Shown here: positions 37,991 to 50,787 of the stretch, piece by piece
How positions within the stretch are numbered: position 1 is the first letter of the stretch
Layout: each line of letters starts with the position of its first letter
Assembly (NCBI RefSeq): GCF_036321535.1
Contig: NC_087438.1
Coordinates: 7,876,001-7,940,000 of the forward strand
Source: Camelus dromedarius
Lineage: Eukaryota
Direction of reading: 5' to 3'
Length of the DNA: 64,000 nucleotides
Program-made: the position numbers and the translations under genes
Notes under the pieces: model-generated
What the model saw: the letters and a program-made list of their open reading frames with translations, nothing else
Database searches by the model: none
What the model was told of the DNA's origin: nothing

Positions 37991-39200
37991 GAGAGACGGA
38001 GAAGATGGCGGAGTAGAAGGGCGCTCGCAGGTCACCCTCTCCCACAAATACACCAAGACCCACATCTACAGACCCACTCAGCCAACCAGAGCACCTGTGG
38101 AACTCCGACAGAACATCGCCCTCTTCAAAAGATAAAGACGCCAAAAATCTGGTAGGAGAAAAGGAAAAAAAGAACAAAAGGCAAAGCAGCGCAGGACGGG
38201 TCCCGCGGGGAGGGAGCGGCAAAAGAGGACTGGCGCTCGCTCCCTGGGTCTCCCCTCTCCAACTGAGAGGCCAGCGGGACGGAGGGGGAGCCTCCGAGGC
38301 TCGGATCTGTACAGAGCAGCCCTTGACTAACAGAACTAAGTTAAACGGGCACAGAGCGTCCCCCCGACACCCAGCCTGAGACGCAGGCTGGCAGCGGCGG
38401 GCAGGGCCAGGCTGCACAAGCCGGGTGGAGGACGGGGGCGGCTGCACGGAGGCAGCCCCAGGGGAACGCAAGGGGCTGCGCGCTGTGGCTGTGGGTGCAC
38501 AGGGCAGAACAACCTGGGCCCTCCATAAAACAGCAAGGTTGATGTGCTCTCGGGGGAAGGGTGCACACCCCCATCTCTGAAATCCCGCGGAAAGTTTTCG
38601 GGGGAAGAGAGGCGGGGCTCAGGCACAGCCGCCATATCCTCCGCGCTGAGCACTCAGGCGGGGGCGGGGGCGGGGGCGGGGGCGGGGGCGGGGGCGAAAC
38701 CTGCATCCGCACCGAAGGGCTTAGCAGCCGCAAAGGCCAGACTGAGACTGGCCTGCAGCCCGGGGCAGATAGGATCCTTCCATCCTGGTCCCTCAGAGAA
38801 CTTGCTCCACAAAGACAAACAAGGAGCTGGGTTTTGGCTCAGAGCAGGGACAGGGCTGTCCCTCGGTCTTCCCCGAGCCCACCCGCGGAGCGCCGACCAG
38901 GGCGGAGCGCGCAGCCGCACAGAGCAGCGGAGCTACCGGCGGCGGCGCAGGTAGAGCGAGAGCGGCCCCCCCGCCTTTCGGGCAGGAACACAGCCCCTGA
39001 CCGAGGTGCTGGGAGGGGGCACGACCCGCCCTCCTATCTGGCCAGTCTTCAACATCTGACTGCGGCATCCGGAGGGGCAGCGACCCGCCCGCCCACAGCA
39101 GAGAGCTGCACCTGACCCAGTGTTAGGAGGAGGCGCGATCTGCTTGCCGACAGGTGCTGGGAGCAGCACAGAAGAGGGCGCCAACGGAGGGCCTCTGAAA
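37991..39200 (+). promoter_or_regulatory. L1 5'UTR internal promoter / CpG island
   Basis: YY1-type motif aagatggcgg at 38002-38011 just inside the 5' end, dense CpG, (GGGGGC)6 GC-box array at 38660-38695. Confidence 0.8.
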
Positions 39201-39693
39201 ACAGCAAGCTGAGCTTCCAAAACAGGACGAAGACAGAAAGACTTCACATTACAAGCACACAGACTCCAGGAGAACACCGACAAATCCACCCCCCCCCCTT
39301 TTTTTTAAGTCTGTTTTTACCTGTTCTATTTTCTATTACTCTCTTAATTTTTACTTCTTAATTCATTTCTATTTCTCTTGGGTTTTGATGTCCTGCTATT
39401 GATTAGACACAGGTTTCAAATACATCTATTCATCTCCCCCCCCCCTTTTTTTGTAAAGGTTTTAAAAGGACGTCTCAACCCGATTAATACTCTGCTTCAA
39501 CTCACTCTTCTATTATTCATTATACACTGTTTTCAAACCCTCTTTCTCCCTTCTTTTAAAATTCTTTCTCTCTCTCTCTTATTTTTTTTTCTTTCTTTCC
39601 TAAGTTCTATTCCTAAATAGGCATTAGATAGATAAAATCCTTAAGGACCAAAATAAACAACTGATACTCCATAAACCACAGTGCCAAAGAGGT

Positions 39694-40598
39694 ATGAGCA
39701 AGATGAAGAAGCAGAAAAACCTTTCCCAATTAAAAGAACAAGAGAAATCCCCTGAAAGAAAGATCAACGAAATAGACATCGATAGCCTACTAGATCAAGA
39801 TTTCAAAAAAGGAGTGATTGAATTGCTGAAGGAATTAAAAGAGATAGTGTTTAGAGATATAAAATATGTCAAAAATGAAATTGAAGCTATAAAGAAGAGC
39901 CAAGTAGAATGGATAAACTCATTGACAGAGATGAGGAATGATCTAATAGCTGTGCAAAGCCGACTAGATAATGCAGAGGAACGAATTAGTGATTTAGAAG
40001 ACAGGGCAACAGAAAGCACCCATTCAGAAGAACTACAAGAGAAGCAAATAAAAAATAATGAAAATAGCATAAGGGACCTATGGGATAATATAAAGCGTCC
40101 CAATCTTCGCATAATAGGGGTCCCAGAAGGAGAAGAAAGATCAAAGGGGATTGAAAAGGTTTTTGAAGAAATCATGACTGAAAACTTCCCAAACTTAAAG
40201 AAGGAATCAGATATCCAAGTACAGGAAGCTCAGAGGGTCCCAAACAGGAAGAAGCCAAATAGACCCACACCAAGACATATCATAATCAAGATGGCCAGAG
40301 TCAAGGATAAAGAAATGATTCTAAAGGCAGCAAGAGAAAAGCAAAGAGTAAGTTACAAGGGAACCCCCATAAGGCTCTCAGCTGATTTCTCTACACAAAC
40401 ACTACAGGCCAGAAGGGAGTGGCAAGATATATTCAAAGCCCTGAATGAAAAAAAGATGCAGCCTAGGATCCTTTATCCAGCAAGGCTATCCTTGAGGATA
40501 GAAGGAGAAATAAAGAGATTCACAGACAAAAAAAAAAGCTGCAGGAGTTTAGCAACACTAAACCCATGCTAAAAGAAATATTGAAAGGGCTATTCTAA
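39694..40598 (+). pseudogene. L1 ORF1p (RNA-binding chaperone), frameshifted near the C-terminus
   Basis: Coiled coil, then LWDNIKRPNLRIIGVPEGEE, RPTPRHIIIKM, ARREW and YPARLS motifs. An A10 run at 40528-40537 shifts the frame away from the normal ending KLQEFSNTKPMLKEILKGLF* (TAA 40596-40598). Confidence 0.95.
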
Positions 40599-41002
40599 AT
40601 AGAAAAGCAGCAGGATGCTACAGAAATGAGAAACACACAACTGGAAAGGTGATAACTCATGAATTACAAATAAAATAAACATGAAATTATAAAAGAAGAC
40701 ATACAAATTACTGAGAGTGGGAGAGGGAGGCAGGGAAATATAGAATATTTTTTTCTTTCTTTTTTAAATTTTTTTAACAGTAGGATGGGTTTGAGATTAT
40801 GTTACTATCAGTTTAATAAAAACAGTTATAGTAATGGGTTGATAGATTTACAAAAAAGGGTAACCACAAGCCAAAACTTTACAAAGGAGTCACAAAAATT
40901 AAATAAAATCCATGATAATACAAAGGAAAATTACCAAACCACAAAAGGAAGAAGAAAGGAACAAAGAGGATATACCAATTCAACTGCAAAGATAAGTTCA
41001 AA

Positions 41003-44000
41003 ATGGCAATAAACACACATCTATCATTAATTACTGTAAATGTTAATGGACTAAATGCTCCAGTCAAAAGACACAGAGTGGCAGACTGGATAATAAAGCA
41101 AGAACCTTCAATATGCTGCATACAAGAGACCCACTTTAGGGAGAAGGACACATATAGATTGAGAATGAAAGGATGGAAAAGGATATTCCATGCAAATGGA
41201 AAAGCCAAAAAAGCAGGTGTTGCAGTACTGATTTCAGACAAAATAGACTTTAAAACAAAGGCCATAAAGAAAGATAAAGAAGGACATTTTATAATGATTA
41301 AAGGAGTGATACAAGATGAGGATATTACACTTGTTAATATATATGCACCCAATATAGGAGCACCTAAGTACATACAAGAATTACTAACAGAGATAAAGGG
41401 GGATATTGATGGGAATACAATCATAGTTGGAGATTTTAACACTGCATTAACATCACTAGACAGATCTTCCAGACAGAAAATAAACAAGGCAACAGAGAAA
41501 TTAAAGACTACAATAGAAAAACTAGATTTGGTGGATATTTTCAGAACATTACACCCCCAAAAAATAGGATATACATTCTTTTCAAGTGCACATGGAACAT
41601 TTTCCAGGATCGATCATGTACTTGGGCACAAAAGAAACCTCAACAATTTTAAGAAGATAGAAATTATCTCAAGCATCTTTACTGACCACAATGCCATGAA
41701 ACTGGAAATCAACAACAGAGAAACAAAGGAGAAAAAAAGGAAAGCATAGAGATTAAACAATATGTTATTGAAAAAACAATGGATCAATGAGGAAATCAAA
41801 GCTGAAATTAAAAAATACCTTGAGACAAATTATAATGAAAGCACAACCACTTAAAACCTATGGGACACAGCAAAGGCAGTGCTAAGAGGGAAGTTTACAG
41901 CGATACAGGCCTTCCTCAAAAAAGAAGAACAATCTCAAATAAACAATTTAACCCACCAACTGAATGAATTAGAAAAAGAAGAACAAAAAGCCCCCAAAAG
42001 CAGCAGAAGGAAGGAAATAATAAAGATCAGAGAGGAATTAAATACAATAGAGATTAACAAGACCATAGAAAAAATCAACCAAACCAAAAGCTGGTTTTTT
42101 TGAAAAAATAAATAAAATCGACAAACCTCTGGCCAAACTCACAAAGAAGAAAAAAGAGAGAGCACAAATTAGCAAAATAAGAAAGGAAAATGGAGAAATT
42201 ACAACAAACAAAATAGAAATACAGAATATCATACGAGAATATTATGAAAAACTATATGGAACCAAACTGGATAACCCAGAGGAGATGGACAAGTTTCTGG
42301 AAACATACTGTCCACCAAAACTGAATCAAGAAGAATCGGAACACTTGAACAATCCGATCACTAGAAAGGAAATAGAAATAGCAATTAGAAACCTCCCTAC
42401 AAATAAAAGTCCAGGACCGGACGGCTTCACCGGGGAATTCTACCAAACATACAAAGAAGAACTCATACCAGTCCTTCTCAAACTCTTCCAGATGATTGAA
42501 AAGGAGGGAATACTCCCAAACTCATTCTATGAAGCCACCATCACCCTGATACCAAAACCAGGCAAAGACACTACAAAAAAAGAGAATTATAAGCCAATAT
42601 CACTGATGAACATAGACGCCAAAATCCTCACCAAAATTTTAGCAAATAGAATCCAACAACACGTAAAAAAGATTATACATCATGACCAAGTGGGGTTCAT
42701 CCCAGGGACACAAGGCTGGTTCAACATACGCAAATCAATCAGTGTAATACATCACATCAACAAGAGAAAGGACAAAACCACATGATCATCTCAATCGATG
42801 CAGAAAAAGCATTTGATAAAATTCAACACCCATTTATGATAAAAACTCTCGCCAAAGTGGGTATAGAGGGAACATATCTCAACATAATAAAAGCTATTTA
42901 TGACAAACCTACAGCCAGCATAGTACTCAACGGTGAAAAACTCAAAAGCTTCCCACTAAAATCTGGGACAAGACAAGGATGCCCACTATCACCACTCCTA
43001 TTCAACATAGTCCTGGAAGTCCTAGCCACAGCAGTCAGGCAAGAGAAAGAAATAAAAGGGATCCAAATTGGAAAAGAAGAGGTAAAAGTGTCATTATATG
43101 CTGATGACATGCTACTATATATAGAAGACCCTAAAAGGTCCACACAAAAGCTACTAGAGCTGATTGAAGAATTCAGCAAGGTAGCAGGTTACAAAATTAA
43201 CATTCAAAAATCAGTTGCATTTCTTTACACTAACGATAAATCAACAGAAGAAGAAAGTAAAGAAACAATCCCCTTTAAAATAGTACCCAAAGTAATAAAA
43301 TATCTGGGAATAAATCTAACCAAGGAGGTGAAAGAATTATACACAGAAAACTATAAACCATTGATGAAGGAAATTAAAGAAGACTTTAAAAAATGGAAAG
43401 ATATTCCATGCTCTTGAATTGGAAGAATCAATATTGTTAAAATGGTCACACTGCCCAAGGCAATCTACAGATTTAATGCAATCCCTATCTAATTACCCAG
43501 GACATATTTCACAGAACTAGAAAAAATCATAATAAAATTCATATGGAACCATCGAAGACCTAGAATTGCCAAAGCATTACTGAAGAGAAAGAAAGAGGCT
43601 GGAGGAATAACTCTCCCAGACTTCAGACAATACTACAGAGCTACAGTCATCAAGACAGCATGGTATTGGTACCAAAACAGACATATAGACCAATGGAACA
43701 GAATAGAGAGCCCAGAAATGAACCCACAAACTTTTGGTCAACTCATCTTTGACAAAGGAGGCAAGAATATACATTGGAATAAAGACAGTCTCTTCAGCAA
43801 ATGGTGTTGGGAAAACTGGACAGCAGCATGTAAAACAATGAAGCTAGAACACTCCCTTACACCATATACAAAAATCAACTCAAAATGGATTAAAGACTTA
43901 AATATAAGACAAGATACAATAAACCTCCTAGAGGAAAACATAGGCAAAACATTATCTGACATACATCTCAAAAATTTTCTCCTAGAAGAAATAAAAGCAA

Positions 44001-44784
44001 GAATAAAGAAATGGGACCTAATGAAACTTACAAGCTTCTGCACAGCAAAGGAAACCAGAAATAAAACAAGAAGAAAACCTACGGAATGGGAGAAAATTTT
44101 TGCAAGTGAAACCGACAAAGGCTTGATCTCCAGAATATATAAGCAGCTCATACGACTCAATAAGAAAAAAATAAACAACCCAATCCAAAAATGGGCAGAA
44201 GACCTAAACAAGCAATTCTCCAAGGAAGACATACAAATGATCAAAAATGCTCAATATCACTAATTATCAGAGAAATGCAAATCAAAACTACAATGAGGTA
44301 TCACCTCACACCAGTCAGAATGGCCGTCATTCAAAAATCCACAAATGACAAATGCTGGAGAGGCTGTGGAGAAAGGGGAACCCTCCTACACTGCTGGTGG
44401 GAATGCAGTTTGGTGCAGCTACTATGGAAAACAGTGTGGAGATTCCTCAAAAGACTAGGAATAGACTTACCATATGACCCAGGAATCCCACTCCTGGGCT
44501 TGTATCCAGAAGGAAATCTACTTCAGGATGACACCTGCACCCCAATGTTCATAGCAGCACTATTTACAATAGCCAAAACATGGAAACAGCCTAAATGTCC
44601 ATCAACAGGTGACTGGATAAAGAAGATGTGGTATATTTATACAATGGAATACTACTCAGCCATAAAACAGACAACATAATGCCATTTGCAGCAACATGGA
44701 TGCTCCTGGAGAATGTCATTCTAAGTGAAGTAAGCCAGAAAGAGAGAAAAATACCATATGAGATCGCTCATATGTGGAATCTAA
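41003..44784 (+). pseudogene. L1 ORF2p (APE endonuclease, reverse transcriptase, CCHC domain), disrupted
   Basis: NVNGLN, QETH, GDFN, TDH endonuclease motifs; QGCPLSP and YADD (43097-43108); CWRGC..HCWWEC. Stops at 41747, 41852 and 43415; frameshifts near 42095, 42774, 44240, 44665 and 44745. Confidence 0.97.
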
Positions 44785-46491
44785 AAAACAAAAACAAAAA
44801 CAAAGTGTAAATAAAGGACAGAAATAGACTCACAGACAGAGAATACAGACTTGTGGTTACCAGTGGGGTGGAGGGTGGGAAGGGATAGACTGGGATTTCA
44901 AAATTGTAGAATAGACTACACTGTATAGCACAGGGAAATATACACAAAATGTTATGATAACTCACAGAGAAAAAAATGTGACAATGAGTGTGTATATGTC
45001 CATGAATAACTGAAAAATTGTGCTGAACACTGGAATTTGACATAACATTGTAAAATGATTATAAATCAATAAAAAATGTTAAAAAAAAAGAAAAGAAAAG
45101 GAAGAATTCAAAAAGACAAAAAGTTAACCTAGAATTCAAGCTGGGTTTATATTATTTGAGGTGAAAAAGACATCGCCCATTCTGACTCTTGCAACAGTGC
45201 CCTGGTATTCTCTACAAAAGCATTAACGTGCTTTCATCCAGCCAGCTCTGACCCTGAAATCAGAGACAGATGAGCAGTCAGTGAACAGGAGCAAGTCTGC
45301 CACTACCCTAATCCTCTCTCTCAGTAACTAAAAGGAGAACAGAACAGTGGCTATTAGCTGGGGAGTATGTCTGAGAGCAGATGTGCAGCTTAATAAGGGT
45401 CAAAGTGTGGTAGAGTTTCCAAACACATTAATCCAGGAAGGATTAATGAACTCAACCGTGTGCTGGGTTGAGCATCACAGCTACACAGATGACAGCGACA
45501 CTGTCCCTGCCCTCCAGGAACTTACGGGTTAACGCTCACAACAGAGGGAGGTGATTTCAAATATCCGCCATACAATGTGAACGGAAAATCCGGAAAGCAC
45601 GTCATAGCCACACTGGTGGTGGGAGGATGATTGACACAACCTCACGATGGGAGATGCCCCAGCAAAATGAGGAGGAAGGCCAGTGAGGAAGCCTGCTATA
45701 TTTGAGATGAGAGAATTCAGTAAAGCCTTGTAGAATTTCACTATTTTTAAAAGTGCATGTAAAATTAGACATTTATAGTATATAAATTTTTGCCATTAAA
45801 ATTAATTAGACTCAGAGGAATCACAATATCTAATCACTTCAACCTGGAAAAGAATATAATTATCGATATCAATTTAGTGTAGGAGGAAGACAAATATATC
45901 ATGGATCTTCTATTTCAATTTAGCTGTTAGAAAGACATGCCTTAAAAAAAAAGAAAGACCTATGTCTTAGTGTTCTTTTTGAGACTACATGACGACTGTA
46001 TTTCACAGCTCAAACATTCTTATTTAAAACTACCCCATAGAGATAATTCATATATTTTACAATTATTTATTGAATAATGAATTGATTGATATGTTCAGTA
46101 ATAAGCAATTTTTTATAGCTTGATTAATTTTTCTCAATTTCGGATGTCCATGTTTTCCTTGATGGAGACATCTCGAGATAAATCACATGGATATTTCATT
46201 GTAAAGATAAAAGCAGAGCACTGTACTGTGTTTTCTAAAATAAGACTACAATGTAAAATATGGGCTATGCCTTTAAATATATGTGTTTACAGGTACATAC
46301 ATACTGATGCTCTATAATTCCTCCAGTTCTTTTCACAAAGGGATGTTTTGTTAGTGGTTTTAAAAAATCATATTCTGACCTCCACTCCTAAAAGTTAATG
46401 TTTGAGGTCTGAGAACATTTCATCTTATTCATACCCTCCAATTAAAGGTTTAAATTATTCTCAAAATAGGTAAGCCTAGATAATATTTAAC

Positions 46492-46493
46492 TG

Positions 46494-46539
<46 letters not shown>

Positions 46540-46555
46540 CGCGCGCACGCGTGTG
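46492..46555. repeat. Compound (TA)n(GT)15(GC)8 microsatellite
   Basis: Seen directly: (GT)15 at 46501-46530, (GC)8 at 46531-46546. Confidence 0.97.
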
Positions 46556-49500
46556 GCTTGGAGAAAGCATGTATTTGTATTCTAAATTGATTCTGTTTAA
46601 ATAAGAAAGAATTTTCAGTTTCGGACATATGATGTTAGCCTTTCAATGTTTTCTTCTCATCCCAACACAGGGATAATGACAACGACACACTTTTCACTTG
46701 TGGGGCATGATGAATTAAGGACTCTGCTCTTTGAGAAAATAACTTACAACACTGACCTTCATGGCAGGAATTCACTGGGCACTAATTCATAACTAGCAGA
46801 GAAAGTAGGATAATGTGGGCTTAAATTGTAACAATTTATTTTGAAGGTAGAATTCTAAGTTGATATTTACAGCATTAAAAAGAAAATCACTGTGATTAGT
46901 TGAGAACGCGCTTTAAAATTTCAGACACTGAATCCTAAGTGATGCTCCTGTGCCTCCCGGGTTGTAGCATCTTGGCGTCGTGGTGCCGGCAGGGAGGTGG
47001 GCTGATCTGTTGATGCCCCTGACCCCCAAGGCAGGTAACACCCGTCCTGTCTCCATCTTTGTCCAAGGGCTCGGCTGGGCAAGACTTTTTGGTCCTGCTA
47101 CTCCACAGCAAACATGGAAATGTAAGCTGGCTCCTCAGAGAACCAAACTGAAATATGCACATCTGTCATGATGTAAGCCGGCCATGAAGGACTCACGTGC
47201 GGCAGGGATGATGGCTTGAATCCGAGCGGAGAACTTCCGTCCACTGCTGAGTTCAGAAAGGACTGGGCACTCCTGGCAGCCTGAAGACCTGGGGCTGGCA
47301 GAGTCTGTTAGTATCCAGGTCCAGGAGGCTCAGGGGAAAAACTTAAGCCCTGGGCACGGAGGGGACCTGGACGCATCTGGGGAGCTCAGTCAGGCTAGGC
47401 AGCAACTGACAAGAGAGGTGGGAGTGCCTCCTAGGAGAGAACTGACTGGAGTGAGAACCAGCCACCAGGTCCCACGAGCAGGATGCAGTAATGGGGAATG
47501 TGGACTCGGTAACCAGCGTGGAAACCATGACTTGGATCTGTCCCCAGCCCAACAACCAGAAAGGCATGGAGGTAAAGGTGGGAGAAAGCTGTATTTGTCA
47601 TGTCTGGAGCATAAGGAACACTGTTGAGGGATTCCACAACAAATTATAATGCAAAGGGCAGGAGGCCATTCCTCCTTTCTGGGTCACCTACTACCTCCTG
47701 GGGGCTCCGGGCAGACCTCCATGGGGGCACTTCACCCAGGGAGCAGACGTGAGACCGTGCCCAGCAGCTGAACAGTGCACGCCGTGCCCAGTGAAGCTGT
47801 GGTGAAAGGGTGGGGAACCACAAAGCCCTGTCGGAAAACTATGAGTGTCCTGCTAAGGCCAGTGCACAGAGGAAGCTGGGGACAGTAGTGTTTCTAAGGC
47901 AGAACCACGCCTGGCACAGTGGAGGATGTAAACCCGGGGTTCCTCGCACATGTGCGTGTCAGAGTGTCCCCGTCGGTGTGTGCATGCCAGCACGTGTGTG
48001 TCTGTGTGGGTGCATGCCTGTGTAAGCCTGTGCATACCAGCACCTTTTATTTTTGGGAGAAGAGTGATGAATGGGAGACAGTTGGCATTTCAAGCTGATT
48101 TGCCTTAACTTCAGCCTCTCTCTTCCCCATCCACGTCTAAGTAACTTTATTCTTCCACACCCTCTCCCCACCAACAGAGCTCTCAAAACTGACAGCAGGT
48201 GATTCCTTCACCTTACTGCCTTCAGCTGGTGATCTCTCCCAAGGACCCCACAGTATTTGTATAAAACAAATACAGCAGAAGAAATTGGGGATAGTTAGAT
48301 GGGGGACACCATGCCAAGAGGAGCTATGGGCTAGGATTCTTGCAAATTTCACATGTCAGACAGACTTTCTGCGGCCTAATGATTTTTAAAAAAAGTAATT
48401 TGCATAGATATAGCTGTTTCCATAGAAACTCAGAGTGTTAATTTACATCAAGGCCCTCATGGAAGCTTTAGCAAAGCTACCTAGAGATGGCAACGGACTC
48501 CCTGCAGGGAAAAAGGACTTTTAATAAGACTTTGATATTTGGAGGTTCGTCAGTAAACTGTGGCGAGGTGTTCCTTTCCTTTCCGATTGTGGGGCTTGAT
48601 TAATCAGACTTTGCATTTGCTTTTGGGGGAGTTCCCATCCTGGGACCACATGGTCATTTCTTTCTTTTCAATCCCATTTTGATTAGGTTCAAGTTATAAA
48701 TACCTAGCTGTGCTTAATGTGAAGTTTATCCATGACAATAAAATTTCACATCTGTGTTTACACACTCCAATAACTAAGTTAATAGCCAGGGCAGTTTGGC
48801 AGAAAATTATTAAATTGATAAATTGCTTGAAAATCCTAAATGATCCATGTATCTCATAGCCACGACTGTATGTTAAATACAAATTTCTATTTCCTGTTAA
48901 TTTAACAAAGCATTGGGATGTCTGCTGGAGATGGGGTGGAAGGTAAAGGAAATTAATAAACCATCCTGCCTATAAATGTCCTAAATGAAGGATACGCGTA
49001 ATGGGGGGTGTAGAAATGATTAAACTTATCAGAAAATACCTCCAGGGTCAAAGGAGGGAGGAAAGTATCTGGGAAAGATACCCCAAAGCTGAGGCACCAC
49101 AGCCAAAGGAAAACAAATGTATTCAATTTTCTTCTTTTTTAAAAAACTCTTTTCTTTCATTGCCCTGAGCATGCTTGGAACCAATAGAAAATTAAGCATC
49201 TGCTTCATCCAGACTATAACATCACTTAAAAAGCAAACAAAGAATTGAAACAAAACAAAACTGCTCCAGTTAATGTCTGAGATCTCTTTTCATTAATAAA
49301 AAATATTTTCTGGCTGCTTTGGAATTCATGTTTCCCGACCTTATATTCCAAGCATGTTGCAATCTCTCGCTAACTTTAGAGGAAAATAATTTTTTGAATG
49401 AAGAATAAAAACTGGAGGACAATGTTTTTTAATCTAAAAAAAAAAAAAAATCTCGACATAAAATGTGAATGGAAGTAGCTTCGTATTACTACTGATACTT

Positions 49501-50334
49501 AACGAATGTAAAAGACGGTCCTAGCTGTTAAATAGATCCGGAAATGAGATTAGAGTCCCTGCTCAGGTTTGCTTTTAATTAGTAACTGCCGAGATGAGCT
49601 TTGAAGCTCTATTTGTGAACAGAGCAGGTACGCCACTTGAAGATGGAATTGAGTTTATGAATTAAAATCTATTTTATCAAAAAAAAAAAAAATCCAACAT
49701 GCATGAAAGCCAAATGACATGCAGGGAAAGTGACGTACTGAATACGTTTATGCTCAAGTGCCCATGTTTTTAAAATTGTGACGTGAAAAAAATTTCCAAC
49801 CTTTTCTGTTGGACAACCGTCATCTGCACAGTAAGTTAATTCTGGCTGGCTACTGGGAATTGATAGTAGTAAGAGTACTGACGCACGTTGTCCCTCGTTG
49901 AAGAGAACAGTGCGGAGCTTGGGGGTGCCTCGAGCAACATCTGCATGAAGCAAATCAAGTTATGCAGAGAATTACAAAGGACCAGCCTCATGATGCTCTC
50001 CCTCCAAAAGGCTCCTAAGAAAAGTATTAGGTTAAAAGGCAGAGATGGATGGAGAGAGAAGAGCAGAACCGTAAGAAGCAGGTGGCGTTGCAAGGAGGGT
50101 GGCAACAGCAGGCACACAGCGGGGACCGACTTTGCGGGAGCGTGTGTGCGGGAGGACTGCACATGTGCCCCACGCATGTGTGCGGATGACACACTCAGTT
50201 CGTTCTTACTAGAGGAAGGGTGATTCCGCGAGCACGTATGGGAGGCTTCACCCCGCTGGCTTGTGACATGTGTTTGATTCTCTTGCTGCCGTTATCTGAA
50301 AGCCAAACTCAAGCCCTGCTCTAAAACCCATTAC

Positions 50335-50787
50335 ACTCGTTCCAAGACGCCCAGTGGATGACTGAAGCCGCAGATGGCACTGAACTCTATATACAGCATG
50401 CTTTTCCCTATACGTATGTACCAATGATAAAATTTAATTTATAAATTCAGTACCATAAGAGAATATCTGAATTGCCAGCATCACTACTCTTGCACTTTGG
50501 GGCTGTCCTTAAGGAAAATAAGGGTGATTCGAACACAAGCACTGTGACACTGAGACAGTCCAGCTGACAACTGGGCCGGCTACTCAGTGGCTAATGGGCA
50601 GGACACGCTGGACAAAGGGGTGATTTGCTTCCGGGTGTGATGATTTCACCATGTTACTCAGAAAGGCACACTATTTAAAACTTACCGATTGCCTATTTCT
50701 GGAATTGGTAAATATTTTCGGACTGTAGTTGGCTGCAAGTAATGGACACCGCAGAAACGGAAATCTCAGATAAGAGGGACTACTGTA
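50335..50787 (+). mobile_element. MER44-like (Tigger7-derived TcMar) DNA transposon fossil
   Basis: cgttccaagacgcccagtggatgactgaa..aatttaatttataaatt..gaattgccagcatcactactcttgcactttgggg; right TIR gataagagggactactg + TA; left TIR eroded. Confidence 0.88.

Larger units (their letters stand above)
37991..45093 (+). mobile_element. Full-length (about 7.1 kb) LINE-1, young camelid-type, inactivated
   Basis: GC/CpG-rich 5'UTR, ORF1, about 400-bp spacer, ORF2, 3'UTR, AATAAA at 45068 and A tail. Perfect 17-bp TSD agaaaaggaagaattca at 37974-37990 and 45094-45110. Confidence 0.98.

Noticed and set aside
37704..38471. 255-aa minus-strand ORF with poly-His
   Set aside because: Non-ATG (TTG) start; it crosses from the L1 5'UTR into a trinucleotide repeat that lacks stops in that frame.
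39795..45043. Several minus-strand ORFs over the L1 body
   Set aside because: Usual antisense shadows of L1 ORF1/ORF2 and 3'UTR.
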